This document shows, piece after piece, positions 25,288 to 34,685 of a DNA stretch of 44,951 nt. Location: positions 1 through 44,951 of the IMG/VR virus record IMGVR_UViG_3300009095_000004; one strand, given 5' to 3'. The notes below the pieces were generated by a model. That model was not told the origin of the DNA, made no database searches, and saw only the letters and a list, made by a program, of their open reading frames with translations. Position numbers and translations under genes: made by a program. Positions within the stretch are counted from its first letter, which is position 1. Every line of letters starts with the position of its first letter. This stretch comes from a virus (lineage: Duplodnaviria; Caudoviricetes).

Positions 25288-26763
25288 TCAGTCGCACTCA
25301 CACACGCACGGCCGCCGGATCGGGATCTCGTCCTGCCAATTCGCCGGCCAGAGCCGCGCGAGCGGCAGTGCCACCGAGTCGAACTGCCAGGGCAGATCCG
25401 CGAGCCGGCTGGATTCGTCGCTGCCGCATGCGGCCTGCCACGCCTCGAGCGTCGCCAGGTTCCGTTGGCCCCAGACAAACCGCGTGACGTCGCTTTTCGG
25501 TCCGTACAGATTGCCGCGGCCGCAGAACGTCGCGTTCGTCGTCTTGGCCATGCGGATCACGCTGCTGCTGTTGTAGCCCGCGATCGTGCTCCGTTCGATC
25601 GTCAGCGTGCAGGGAATGTCATGCGCGTAGGTGACGATTGCGTAGCCCCCGCCCGGTTTGTCCACCACGCCGTCATCGTCCCAGTCGGCGGCATGGCGCA
25701 GCCCGACGATCGTGCTCTCGCGCACCGTCACGTCGCAGTTTTCGCGCCAGAGCAGCGCCGCACCGCCGCGTGAATTCGCGGGCGCGATCGTCACGCATCG
25801 CGTCAACTCAAACGTCGCTCGATGCACCGGCCGCGTACCGCCTGAATCCGAGCCCTCGATGCCGCCGAATCCGCGGCAGTAGATCCCGCCGTTGTCGCCG
25901 CCGACCGCCTCGCACTCCTCGAGCACCACGCGGCCGGACGACTTGAGGCCGAAGCAATACTGAGCCGCGTTGCGGCTTCGGCATCTCCGCAGCGTGACGT
26001 CTCCGGTGCAAGGCTGCGTCACGATGCCGCACGACCGATTGTGCTGCGGGTTCACGAACTCGCAGTCTTCGAACAGCAGGTCTCGCGAGGCCGAACCGGG
26101 AATGTCGGCCAGGCGGTTACGAACGCCCTTGAAGTCTTTCCACTCGCCGATGTCGACCGTTCCCTCAGTACCTACGGTGTGATGAAACTTCGTTCGGCGC
26201 ACAATCAGGTTCCGCACGCCGGCATTGCGGGCATAGATGCCCGACTGCACCGCACCCAAGGCCGCTCCGTCGACCTCGCAATCCTCGATCAGCACGTCGT
26301 GCACCTGGTCGGCCGACAGGCACTCGATCACCTCGGCGCGGTCGCGATCGCTGCGGGCGGCACGCTCCGCGAGCTCGGCTGCGGATTCGGGCGTCAGTCC
26401 TTGCGGCCAGGGCGGGTGGAATTGCCAGCCGTAGCCAGCCGTCACGGTTAAGTGCCGGAACACGTAGTTGCCGCTGCCGGGCTCGGGAGCAAACACCGGC
26501 TTACCCGCGCCGCCTGCCCGCACGATCGTCCCGCCGGACGGGTCGCCTTCAATCGTAACGGTCAGCCCGCTCCGGTTGGCCAGCTTCAAGCCGGCCTTCG
26601 TGACGTACTCGCCCTTCGCGAGCCGAATAACCTCCCCGCCGCGAATCAGCTTCGGGATGGATTCAAACTCGGCCGACGTCGTGATGTGGATGATCGTCGG
26701 CTGCGACGTCTGCGCGCCCGCCGTCACGGTCATCGCCAGGAACAGGATCGCTGTGAGTCTCAT
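25288..26763 (-). CDS. Secreted right-handed beta-helix (pectin lyase-like) protein (491 aa)
   Basis: Sec signal peptide ending AGA|Q; repeated strand motifs VLIEDCEV, LLFEDCEF, VTLRRC, VVLEECE. Confidence 0.7.
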   Translation of the reverse strand: MRLTAILFLAMTVTAGAQTSQPTIIHITTSAEFESIPKLIRGGEVIRLAKGEYVTKAGLKLANRSGLTVTIEGDPSGGTIVRAGGAGKPVFAPEPGSGNYVFRHLTVTAGYGWQFHPPWPQGLTPESAAELAERAARSDRDRAEVIECLSADQVHDVLIEDCEVDGAALGAVQSGIYARNAGVRNLIVRRTKFHHTVGTEGTVDIGEWKDFKGVRNRLADIPGSASRDLLFEDCEFVNPQHNRSCGIVTQPCTGDVTLRRCRSRNAAQYCFGLKSSGRVVLEECEAVGGDNGGIYCRGFGGIEGSDSGGTRPVHRATFELTRCVTIAPANSRGGAALLWRENCDVTVRESTIVGLRHAADWDDDGVVDKPGGGYAIVTYAHDIPCTLTIERSTIAGYNSSSVIRMAKTTNATFCGRGNLYGPKSDVTRFVWGQRNLATLEAWQAACGSDESSRLADLPWQFDSVALPLARLWPANWQDEIPIRRPCVCECD

Positions 26764-27088
26764 CGGATGTCTCCTGCGGGATTGCCCCGCGTATCAGGTG
26801 CAATGCGTCGACGAACGCTCTTAAGTGCTCTTCCATCCATGCTTCGCGCTCGCGATTCGCCAGCTCGAACAGCACGCAGTCGCTCACCTCGATGATGGTC
26901 CGGAGCTGCTCGATCGCCTCCGTCCGCCCTCGGCGGAAGTCGGCCAGCACGAGCCGCCCCCGCTGCACGAGGTCACGCAGCCGCTTGAGCAGCACGAGCG
27001 TGCTTCGCTCGTGCAGGATCGCCGTCGCGTCGAGCTGATTCACTGTCGGCGGCGGAAGGAAACGTCGTGGTGGAGGCGGGAGCGGCAT
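26663..27088 (-). CDS. Hypothetical protein
   Basis: Helical ORF whose tail overlaps the start of the next gene. Confidence 0.45.
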   Translation of the reverse strand: MPLPPPPRRFLPPPTVNQLDATAILHERSTLVLLKRLRDLVQRGRLVLADFRRGRTEAIEQLRTIIEVSDCVLFELANREREAWMEEHLRAFVDALHLIRGAIPQETSDETHSDPVPGDDRDGGRADVAADDHPHHDVGRV

Positions 27089-27190
27089 GGGGTTACTCGC
27101 CTCGCTTTCGTGTTCAATTTGGCCCGCGCCGCCCGAGTTGCCCCGGACGACGCGAGCCGGAGGAAAGAGTCAGATTTCCATTCTGGCGGC

Positions 27191-27535
27191 TTATCGGACC
27201 TCATACGGCTGCGGCGCCGGATAAGTCTCGATCGCCCGCCACACGGGCTGAATGGGCGTCCTGCGGGCATCTGGCAGCTCTGCCGTGATCGCCAGGGGCA
27301 CAGAATCGCCCTTTGGGGGCACCACAGGCACCAGGTCGAGCCTCAGCGAAACCAGTGTGGGCGGCGGGTCGTCGACCTCCAGCCCGAAGTACACCGTCCA
27401 CCGCCAATACCCCACCCGGACGAACAGCTTGGCCCGGTAACGCGCGTGTCCTGCGTCACTCCGGCCTTTCAGCCCGATCGAAAGCTCCGGACAGGTCGAC
27501 CAGAACGACACGGACCAAATTCGTCTGCGGATCAC
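27191..27535 (-). CDS. Hypothetical protein
   Basis: GTGA coupling with a GGAGG RBS. Confidence 0.35.
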   Translation of the reverse strand: MIRRRIWSVSFWSTCPELSIGLKGRSDAGHARYRAKLFVRVGYWRWTVYFGLEVDDPPPTLVSLRLDLVPVVPPKGDSVPLAITAELPDARRTPIQPVWRAIETYPAPQPYEVR

Positions 27536-28059
27536 TTGCGACCTCCTGCCCATTGGGGCTTCGCCGCCTTCTGCGGCTTTGGGGCAGCCTGCTGTGCCGC
27601 GATCTGTGCGGGCGTCATGGGCCGTTGCACCATGCCCATCAGCGTGCGCCGGGCGGACTCCCTTTCGCCCGGCGTCGGCGCCCGCGGCCGGCCCCAGCGT
27701 TCGCAGACGACGTACTCGACCGTCGGCAGCGGCAGGCCCCGCCGCTCGTACCAGTACAGCGCATGCGACAGCTCCGATTCGTCCGCCGCCGTCCACGTGA
27801 AGGCGTCGCACGCCTCCCGGTGCTCCGACGCGACCATCGCCCGGATTTCCTTGAGGTTGGGCTTGTTCGCATCCGGCTGATCCATCTGCCAGGTGTGCAC
27901 GCACCGCTCGACGGTTTCGCGGTCGTAATTCCCGAACAGCGCGAACAGCAGCGCCCGCCGCTCATCGTTCCGCTGGGGCGAGTCCGTGTGAACCGCCTTC
28001 TCCCACGGGAACCGATTGGCGAATGCGTTGCAGAACTCGTTGAACTCGACCTCGGTCAT
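27532..28059 (-). CDS. Putative helicase loader-like protein (175 aa)
   Basis: Directly after the initiator; 'MTEVEF...W...P.LKEIR' resembles phage loader/inhibitor proteins. Confidence 0.45.
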   Translation of the reverse strand: MTEVEFNEFCNAFANRFPWEKAVHTDSPQRNDERRALLFALFGNYDRETVERCVHTWQMDQPDANKPNLKEIRAMVASEHREACDAFTWTAADESELSHALYWYERRGLPLPTVEYVVCERWGRPRAPTPGERESARRTLMGMVQRPMTPAQIAAQQAAPKPQKAAKPQWAGGRK

Positions 28060-28853
28060 GTCCGTCTCCGCATGAGCCTTTCGTGCATCTCCTTCGCCGA
28101 TGGCCGGTCCTTCGGCGGCCGGGGCTTAAGGCCTACCCCGTTCCGCAGGATGCCGTCGACGTAGTGCCACTTCGTGTGACAGCCCCGGGACACTGCCTGC
28201 TGCAAGGCGTACCGGACGGCATCGAGCCCGTGATCCCGGATACGCACCGCGGCCATCTCGTAGGCGAGGCCGCCCACGAAACCACGCGTGAACTCTTTGA
28301 GCAGGGGTTCCAGGTCCGCAGGGACCAACGAGAACGGGTCTGCCGGCGGGGGCGGAAGGCCGGAGTGCTCGGGCAAAGGTTTCTCTTCCCCCTGCACCCC
28401 CTTCTCTTCCAAAGACATACCTATATTTAAAACTACAGGTTTGGTTGGAGGTTTGGTTATCCCTTTGCTTGAGGTTTGGTTGGACTTTTGGTTAAGCAAA
28501 ACGGGATTACCGCCTTTCTTGCCGGATTCCCGTCTCTTTTGAGAGATTTGGAAGCGGCGGAACATCATCCGGCACAGCACGGCACCAGTCCCTTCTTCGC
28601 GACTGGCGACGCCTTTGCCGAGAAGCTCCGTGATGTCTGCAAGGTTTTCGCTTGTGTCGCCAGGAACCGCGGCAGCGATCTCTTCGAGAGTCCACGCGCG
28701 GCTACCGGTTCGAAGCACACCCTTAACCTCGCACGAGTGCATCACGCAGAGAATGTCCATCCACGTCGCTCGTGCTCTCTTCGAACAGGAGCGCAGCTCA
28801 GGGTCTGTGAGCCACTTGGCCGGCTCGAACGGAAACCAAAAGTCCTTCGCCAT
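28056..28853 (-). CDS. Phage replication initiator (N-terminal wHTH, C-terminal DnaD-like)
   Basis: WFPFEPAKWLTDPELRSCS..AR..WMDILCVMH N-terminus; 'ALQQAV....KWHYVDGILRN' DnaD-like motif. Confidence 0.7.
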   Translation of the reverse strand: MAKDFWFPFEPAKWLTDPELRSCSKRARATWMDILCVMHSCEVKGVLRTGSRAWTLEEIAAAVPGDTSENLADITELLGKGVASREEGTGAVLCRMMFRRFQISQKRRESGKKGGNPVLLNQKSNQTSSKGITKPPTKPVVLNIGMSLEEKGVQGEEKPLPEHSGLPPPPADPFSLVPADLEPLLKEFTRGFVGGLAYEMAAVRIRDHGLDAVRYALQQAVSRGCHTKWHYVDGILRNGVGLKPRPPKDRPSAKEMHERLMRRRT

Positions 28854-28950
28854 CCCTGCCTCTGAACCACCAACCCTGACGATCATCGCCAGGTTCTCGA
28901 GCCTCTATCGGAGGCCCGGGAACGCAGCGACGATGCTGCGTCACACCCCG

Positions 28951-29364
28951 TCAGAACGGGATGTCGTCGCCTGTGACCGGCGGAAGCTCGCCCCCGGCCG
29001 TGTCCCCGGCCTCAGCCCGGCCCCGTGACGCGCCGCCGCTCCCGAGGAACTGGAAGCTCTCGACCGCGATCTCATGCTTGCTGCGGCTCTTGCCCTCCTT
29101 GTCCGTCCACTGCTGGTAGCTCAGACGCCCCTCGACCAGCACCGCCCGGCCCTTCGACAGGTACTGATTGATGGTCTCAGCCGTCTTGCCGAACGCCGTG
29201 CAGTCGACGAAGCAGGTTTCTTCCTTCTGGTTGCCGTCGCGGTCCTTCCACTTCCGGCCCACGGCGATGCCGAACTTGCACACGGCCGTATTGCTCGGCG
29301 TGTACATGAGCTGCGGGTCACGGGTCAGATGCCCCGCCATGATGATCCGATTGAAGTCTGGCAT
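28951..29364 (-). CDS. ssb: Single-stranded DNA-binding protein
   Basis: FNRIIMAGHLTRDPQL, VLVEGRL, acidic DDIPF tail. Confidence 0.97.
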   Translation of the reverse strand: MPDFNRIIMAGHLTRDPQLMYTPSNTAVCKFGIAVGRKWKDRDGNQKEETCFVDCTAFGKTAETINQYLSKGRAVLVEGRLSYQQWTDKEGKSRSKHEIAVESFQFLGSGGASRGRAEAGDTAGGELPPVTGDDIPF

Positions 29365-29376
29365 TGGTCCTCCTGG

Positions 29377-30669
29377 TCAGGCGATCACGGGTTCCCACTC
29401 GAGCACATTGAAGAACTTGCCCTTGCGTTCGAGGGCGCGGACATAGACCTCTGAGCCCTGAACCAGCCACTCGGGCATGGAGCCCCAGGCGCTGACCCGG
29501 ACCTCGTACGGACCGTCGTACAGCATGGCGTCGACGATCGGCGTCTGCTTGTCTTTGCCACCCAGGGATGGCTTCGCGGTCTTCACCCGGCCCTGGGTGC
29601 TGACGATCGCGCCGTCGGCGATGTTCTTGAGATCGCTAATCGGACAGAACGCCGGCGGCTCGGCCTCGCTGGGCGGGGCCTCCGTCTCTTCGGCGGGAGC
29701 AGGCGCAGCCTCGGGCGGTGCCGTCGGCTCGGCTACCGGCGGGGCATCGGCGGTCGGAACCGCCTCGGGCGCCGGGGCCGGGTCCGGTTTCTTCCCGCCC
29801 GCCGCGGCCTGCTTCTGCTGCAGCGCCTGCGTTACCGCCGCCCGCGGGTCCTTCCCGGCCGGCTCGCCGCCCTGGGCGCTCGCACCGAACGCCTCCTCCA
29901 CCGTCGTCTCGCCGTCTTTGATGGCGTTATAGAGCCCCAGCAGCCGGGCCCGGTCGCTCTTGTTCCAGCTCGCCATCGGCTTGCGCAGGTTGGCCTCGAG
30001 CATCGCCTGGGTGACGCCGCGATTGGCGAACGTGCCGACGATGCGGAGCTGCGTCGCCTCGTCGAGCCGGCCCTCGATGATCTCCTCGGCCTTCTCCTCG
30101 ATGGCCTGTTTGAGGCCGGCAGGGATGCACCGCAGGATCGCCTCGCGCACGCACTTAGACGACTCGGCGGCGCACACGACGTTGTAGAACCGATCGTCGT
30201 CGTGCCTCCGCATCCCGCCGCCGCGAGCCCTGTAGAACTTCGAGAGCAGCTTCGAGCTTTCCCACACCCGGCCGTTGCAGTAGTCCGTGAACGTGGCCGA
30301 CACGCGGACCGTGTCCGGGTCGCCATCCACCGGGTCGATCGACGTGCGGACCCGGTTGAACCCGTACGCCTCGGCGAGCGTCTCGGCCATGCGCACACTC
30401 AGGCCCCGGGCGTACTTCATATCGCCGTTCTGGTCCTTGCCCACCGGCTTCTGGTAGATCGCCTCGGCGGCCAGGTCGGGGAACATCTCGAGCTGCTCGA
30501 AGACCGTGTCGCGCACCAGGGCAAGCTGCCTCGGATGCTTCATGGCCATCGCCATGATGCTCTCGTTCTCCATCTTGACGAGGAGCGCATCGCGCGGGAT
30601 GCCGGCGTACTGGCTGGGGGCCGGGGCCTCCATCAGCTCCGTCTTAGACTTGGGTGCCATCTGGCTCAT
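29377..30669 (-). CDS. Putative ssDNA-annealing protein with C-terminal OB-fold-like domain (430 aa)
   Basis: Lies between YqaJ and ssb; 'GLSVRMAE.LA..YG' N-domain, Pro/Ala linker, beta-rich C-domain. Confidence 0.55.
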   Translation of the reverse strand: MSQMAPKSKTELMEAPAPSQYAGIPRDALLVKMENESIMAMAMKHPRQLALVRDTVFEQLEMFPDLAAEAIYQKPVGKDQNGDMKYARGLSVRMAETLAEAYGFNRVRTSIDPVDGDPDTVRVSATFTDYCNGRVWESSKLLSKFYRARGGGMRRHDDDRFYNVVCAAESSKCVREAILRCIPAGLKQAIEEKAEEIIEGRLDEATQLRIVGTFANRGVTQAMLEANLRKPMASWNKSDRARLLGLYNAIKDGETTVEEAFGASAQGGEPAGKDPRAAVTQALQQKQAAAGGKKPDPAPAPEAVPTADAPPVAEPTAPPEAAPAPAEETEAPPSEAEPPAFCPISDLKNIADGAIVSTQGRVKTAKPSLGGKDKQTPIVDAMLYDGPYEVRVSAWGSMPEWLVQGSEVYVRALERKGKFFNVLEWEPVIA

Positions 30670-31603
30670 TTGCTTCCTTTCTGATCTGGAGCTCCTTGGG
30701 CCGGTTTGCTTTGCGGAGGGTTCGATGCTGACCCTGGGAGCAATAGAGCTCGAACACTCCGTCTGCCTTCATCCGCGCGAAGTCGGTCCTGGGCGTGCTG
30801 TTCTGCAGCCGGTACGTGAGGATCTTCTCGGCGTCGCCGTAGTCGCCGTACTCCGCATCCCCCAGGGCGAGCAGCACGGCGTTCTTCGCGGCCTCCTCGG
30901 CCTCGATCGCGAGCTTGAGGGCCTTCTTCGCCTCGTCCCACGACGCGATCAGCCCGGCGTCGATCTGGGCCACCTTGCCCGCCTCCCGCACCACCCGGCG
31001 GAGGATGTCCGTCCGGCAGTCGCCGGTGCAGGGCTCACCCTCGACGATGTGCCGCTTCCACCACTCCGAGCCGAAGTCCACGAGCGATTCGATCAGCTCG
31101 TTGTCGCGGTCGATCGGGTAGACGCGATGCTCGAAAGACATGGACGCGAAGCCGGCCCCGACCCACACGCGCGACAGGTCGGACACGTACATCTGCATCT
31201 GGGCCTGGACCAGCACGGCGGGCGGGACCTCGCTGGAGCCGTCCTCGCCCCACTGGTCGGCGTAGTACCCGCCCACAAACTTCGTCTCGATCGCCTCGGT
31301 CGGCCGGCCCACGATCCAGGCGTCGTGCGTGGCCCCGAAGATCGGATTCCTCTCCGACACCCGGAAGAGATTCGCCCGGCTCGGCCGGGCCCGCAGCCGC
31401 TTGGCGGTCAGCCCCACCAGCACCGACTCGAGGACGTTGCCCGGCCGGGTGCTGGCCGTCTCGACGTCGATCGTCTGCCGCTGCTTGGAGATCTGGATGT
31501 CCACCTCGGAGGCGTAGGGCGACAGGCCCATGATGCAGGGCATGTCGCTCGCTTGGAGGTGTCTCCGCCGTAACTCTCGCTGACGTTCCGTTAGTGGCAT
31601 CAT
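30644..31603 (-). CDS. YqaJ-like (lambda-type) recombination exonuclease
   Basis: RRRHLQASD..IMGLSPY, GNVLE, ATHDA, IETK, VQAQMQMYV. Confidence 0.85.
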   Translation of the reverse strand: MMPLTERQRELRRRHLQASDMPCIMGLSPYASEVDIQISKQRQTIDVETASTRPGNVLESVLVGLTAKRLRARPSRANLFRVSERNPIFGATHDAWIVGRPTEAIETKFVGGYYADQWGEDGSSEVPPAVLVQAQMQMYVSDLSRVWVGAGFASMSFEHRVYPIDRDNELIESLVDFGSEWWKRHIVEGEPCTGDCRTDILRRVVREAGKVAQIDAGLIASWDEAKKALKLAIEAEEAAKNAVLLALGDAEYGDYGDAEKILTYRLQNSTPRTDFARMKADGVFELYCSQGQHRTLRKANRPKELQIRKEANEPDGTQV

Positions 31604-31626
31604 GCCTCCTGTTTGAAAGTGTCGAC

Positions 31627-31699
31627 AGCGGCGGGCAGGACTCGAACCTGCGACGCGCGGATCACACATCCGGCGCTCTGCCTACTGAGCTACCGCCGC
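31627..31699 (-). tRNA. tRNA-like gene with atypical anticodon loop (nominal TGT, Thr; possibly pseudo)
   Basis: GCGGCGG acceptor stem, GCTC/GAGC D arm, GCAGG-TTCGAGT-CCTGC T arm; loop TGTGTGA lacks U33; no encoded CCA. Confidence 0.65.
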
Positions 31700-31902
31700 G
31701 TTGGCCCAGCGCGATGCGGTGGACGTTCTGGCTTGGCTTCGGCGCGGCGGTTCCACTTGGCGATCATCGCATCCTTGCCTTTGACCCAAGGACCAATCGC
31801 GTCGCACTTCTTGCACTCAAACCCCCATCCCCAGTCGCCGTGCAGTAGTTGCAACTTGGTCCCGCCACAGAACGGGCACGGCAGGGGCTTGGTCTTCGCC
31901 AT
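31690..31902 (-). CDS. Lar-family restriction alleviation-like Zn protein
   Basis: LPCPFCGG...C..C.A.GP......AKWNRR. Confidence 0.75.
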   Translation of the reverse strand: MAKTKPLPCPFCGGTKLQLLHGDWGWGFECKKCDAIGPWVKGKDAMIAKWNRRAEAKPERPPHRAGPTRR

Positions 31903-32039
31903 CACGCACCGCCTTTCGGTTGCAGCGCGTTCCACCGCTCGATAGATGGTTCGATACCGCCGTCCTCGATGCAATCGGCGGCCTCTTGGGCGGCGTTGGC
32001 CATCTGACTCTTTGGCGTTGTGACGATGATGCCCATTGG

Positions 32040-32321
32040 TCATTGCCCCTTGTGTCCTGGCTGTTTCTCGGCCTGCCGCCTGTTGCGCAGCTCCTGAATC
32101 TGATTCGCCATTGCAATGATGTCGTCGCCCGCTTCGGTGTCGTGACAGAGTTCGGCGACGAGGCGTCGAATCTCATCCGCCTTGTCGCAATCCGTGTCCG
32201 TCGCCTGCAATAGGCACGCTGCTACGGTCGCCGCAATGCGATGTGGTGCCTCGTTCATGAACACCTTCTCGAACAATGCATAGTCGAGCGTGTGAACCTC
32301 TGTGATGATTGCGTAACTCAT
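32040..32321 (-). CDS. Hypothetical protein
   Basis: AAGGA RBS. Confidence 0.5.
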   Translation of the reverse strand: MSYAIITEVHTLDYALFEKVFMNEAPHRIAATVAACLLQATDTDCDKADEIRRLVAELCHDTEAGDDIIAMANQIQELRNRRQAEKQPGHKGQ

Positions 32322-32333
32322 TGGTTGTCCTTT

Positions 32334-32654
32334 CTAATATGTCGCCTTGCCAAGTGCTGCATCTGCCAGCTTTAGCGACAAACACACAGCGCAATCGTTG
32401 CATCGTTCGTCGCTGCCAACGTGCGTCGTCTGCACGTCATCCCGCAGCCTCTGAAGCGCGGCCAGTAGGTCCGGGGCGGCGGCAATGAGCCTGGCATCGT
32501 TTTCGCAATCGGCGATGTCTCGGCCCTCTCTGGCGACCGTGAAAGCGACGGCCGTTCCTGGCGGGTTAGCAGGGTCGGTACAAATAACCGTTGGATGTCC
32601 ACCATGGCCCAGTCCAACATGCCATCGCCGGGGCGTATGATTTCTCGTCGTCAT
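32334..32654 (-). CDS. Hypothetical phage protein
   Basis: HTP..W and 'NDARLIAAAPDLLAAL', a widespread phage motif. Confidence 0.65.
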   Translation of the reverse strand: MTTRNHTPRRWHVGLGHGGHPTVICTDPANPPGTAVAFTVAREGRDIADCENDARLIAAAPDLLAALQRLRDDVQTTHVGSDERCNDCAVCLSLKLADAALGKATY

Positions 32655-32699
32655 GTCTATCCTTTCGCGTCGGCAGATGAAATCGGGATGCCGTTTCCG

Positions 32700-32900
32700 T
32701 TAACAGCACACAACGGCTTCAATGCGCTCGACCTTGAGTATGCGGCAGCGACTGAGTGACGCCGGCAGGAGTTTCAGAAGCGATCGCCTGCCTTCCGGTT
32801 CCATGGGGTACTCGATGGATAGACGCGTCTTTACGGCGCACCTAATCAGGTCCTCGTCTCCCTCAAGCAGTGTGAGCAGGTAGTAAGAAAACTCGTCCAT
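32700..32900 (-). CDS. Hypothetical protein
   Basis: AAGGAG RBS before MDEFSYY. Confidence 0.4.
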   Translation of the reverse strand: MDEFSYYLLTLLEGDEDLIRCAVKTRLSIEYPMEPEGRRSLLKLLPASLSRCRILKVERIEAVVCC

Positions 32901-32910
32901 CTTCCGCTCC

Positions 32911-33159
32911 TTAACGCTGGCAAATGAAGTCCGGTGGTCCAAGTTCTGGCTCTTTGAGAGCATCTGCCGCATGTGATGCCATTACTCGCGCATCAGAGAT
33001 TCTAACGTTGGCGTTCGCCAGGGACTGCAACACAGACCTCAGACGCTCGACTTCATCCACCAACTCACAGCAAAACTTGTTCAGGAGGTCGGCGGACTGA
33101 TTCTCGTTGGACGGCGAGATGTACGACTTGATTCGTTTCAATCGGCCTTCTCTTAGCAT
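32911..33159 (-). CDS. Hypothetical protein
   Basis: AGGAG RBS. Confidence 0.5.
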   Translation of the reverse strand: MLREGRLKRIKSYISPSNENQSADLLNKFCCELVDEVERLRSVLQSLANANVRISDARVMASHAADALKEPELGPPDFICQR

Positions 33160-33177
33160 GATTTTTTCTCCTGTCTG

Positions 33178-33528
33178 CTACCCTGGTCGCTCAAAGTGCC
33201 TCGCGTTGTCCATCATTCGCTCCAGCTCACTCACCCGCGCCTTAACTCTCCGCCCGAGACAGTAGGGGCAGTTATCCGGATCGTGTTTCCCCCTGCATGG
33301 AACATCCGTCACCATGTCGAGCAGGATCGAAAGGTCGTCCGATCGGATGAACCTCACGAGTTCTGCGATGCCGGGGTAGGCGTTCCAGCGCCGGACCAAT
33401 TCGGCGGCGGTGGCATCACGCGAGTCGAGGGGGCCATACACGACGGCGAGCGCGTTACCGAAGGCGTCGAAAATCAGCCCCTCTTTATCACTGAGGCTGC
33501 CCGTGTATGGCGTGAAGTTCTTGGGCAC
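33178..33528 (-). CDS. Hypothetical phage protein
   Basis: 'AAELVRRWNA' motif and C/H cluster. Confidence 0.5.
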   Translation of the reverse strand: MPKNFTPYTGSLSDKEGLIFDAFGNALAVVYGPLDSRDATAAELVRRWNAYPGIAELVRFIRSDDLSILLDMVTDVPCRGKHDPDNCPYCLGRRVKARVSELERMMDNARHFERPG

Positions 33529-33686
33529 GGCGGCATCCTGCCTTTCATCGAATTGACCGCTTGCGACCGCGTCGTGGACGCCTCTGATCCGCTTGAGGAG
33601 ACGTGCGCCGAAGTGGGTAAGATAGGTTATGTTGCGTTCGATTTATCGGACGCAGAGCATAACCCATCTTATCGGCGCGTTTGGAG

Positions 33687-33929
33687 CTACTTCACTCCCG
33701 CCTTCTCCCGCACTTTGACGGTTTCCGATGGATTGACCGAGAACCTGGCGTTGGCCAGCAGTGCCTCAGTCCGATCCTCCTCGGACATGCGCATAAGTGC
33801 GAGGAGTGCGGCGTTTATGACGCTCGCCCGACCACGCCACATCGGAACGATCTTCTCGACCTCCCGCAGAATGCGGTCGTCGATATGAGCGTTGATGAGC
33901 GTGGCGGGTGCGATGCGTGCTCGCGCCAT
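33687..33929 (-). CDS. Ribbon-helix-helix transcriptional regulator
   Basis: 'LINAHIDDRILREVEKI....GRASVINAAL' RHH pattern; GAGGTG RBS; first gene of the replication arm. Confidence 0.6.
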   Translation of the reverse strand: MARARIAPATLINAHIDDRILREVEKIVPMWRGRASVINAALLALMRMSEEDRTEALLANARFSVNPSETVKVREKAGVK

Positions 33930-34148
33930 ATCACACCTCTTTCCAAAAGGGACGTCGAACCCATGCCACGAATATACATCAAGAACGCGATGAGGCAAGG
34001 ATAAAAACGCGACAATTGCACGCGATTTTATAAGACGTGACTATTCGTGTGGTTGCGTAAACTTTTCCCTTGTGAGTTTCTGAAATCGGCGTATATTTAA
34101 GAGGCAGACGGGGGGACCGAGAACACTCAACCTGTGGAGGAAAGACAC

Positions 34149-34685
34149 ATGACAGCCATCCGACTCATCGTCGCCGTCGCCCTGCTGGCCGGGATCATGG
34201 GGCAGGGGTGCCCGGCGCCGACGCCGCAGGGGAGCACTCCCCCGCCGATCTGCGACCGCGACTATCACCACGATCTCGGGTTCGGCGTGAACCCCGTCCC
34301 GAACAGCGTCGGTTCACTCCAGCCGCCCGCGACGGCGAACATGGCGCTTCTGGTCCACTGGGATAGCCCGATCGCCCTGGCGAGCATGTCCGTCAGCGTC
34401 CCGCTGGTGGGCGTCACGCTCGAAGCGTACCGGCAGTATCGCCTTGAGGCCCACTGGTCGGCTGGAGAGATCGTGACAGAGGAAACGTTCTTCGATATGC
34501 CGAGTGGCGTCCGGGCGTGGTACCACGAAATCTATACGCCCGAGCTCGACACGTACACGGCGTCGGTCGATGCCGTCGCCCGGAACCGGGTATTCGGGAT
34601 GTCGTGGTTCTACAGCCCGCGTACGTCGCCCGGCGACGCGGCCCTGATCGGCCAGTCGGTCCAGTCGTTCTGCGTCGAACCCTAG
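34149..34685 (+). CDS. Lipoprotein, lone plus-strand gene (possible superinfection exclusion)
   Basis: Signal peptide ending MGQGC; GGAGG RBS. Confidence 0.6.
   Translation: MTAIRLIVAVALLAGIMGQGCPAPTPQGSTPPPICDRDYHHDLGFGVNPVPNSVGSLQPPATANMALLVHWDSPIALASMSVSVPLVGVTLEAYRQYRLEAHWSAGEIVTEETFFDMPSGVRAWYHEIYTPELDTYTASVDAVARNRVFGMSWFYSPRTSPGDAALIGQSVQSFCVEP

Noticed and set aside
26797-26809. 13-nt match to the sequence following the solitary I-G-like repeat
   Set aside because: The match starts at position 9 of the would-be spacer, missing the seed; chance cannot be excluded
31677-31720. Self-targeting by spacer 2 (first 11 nt match 31710-31720, minus strand) and spacer 3 (gapped match to the tRNA D arm)
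   Set aside because: Matches are short, in opposite orientations and plausible by chance in GC-rich DNA
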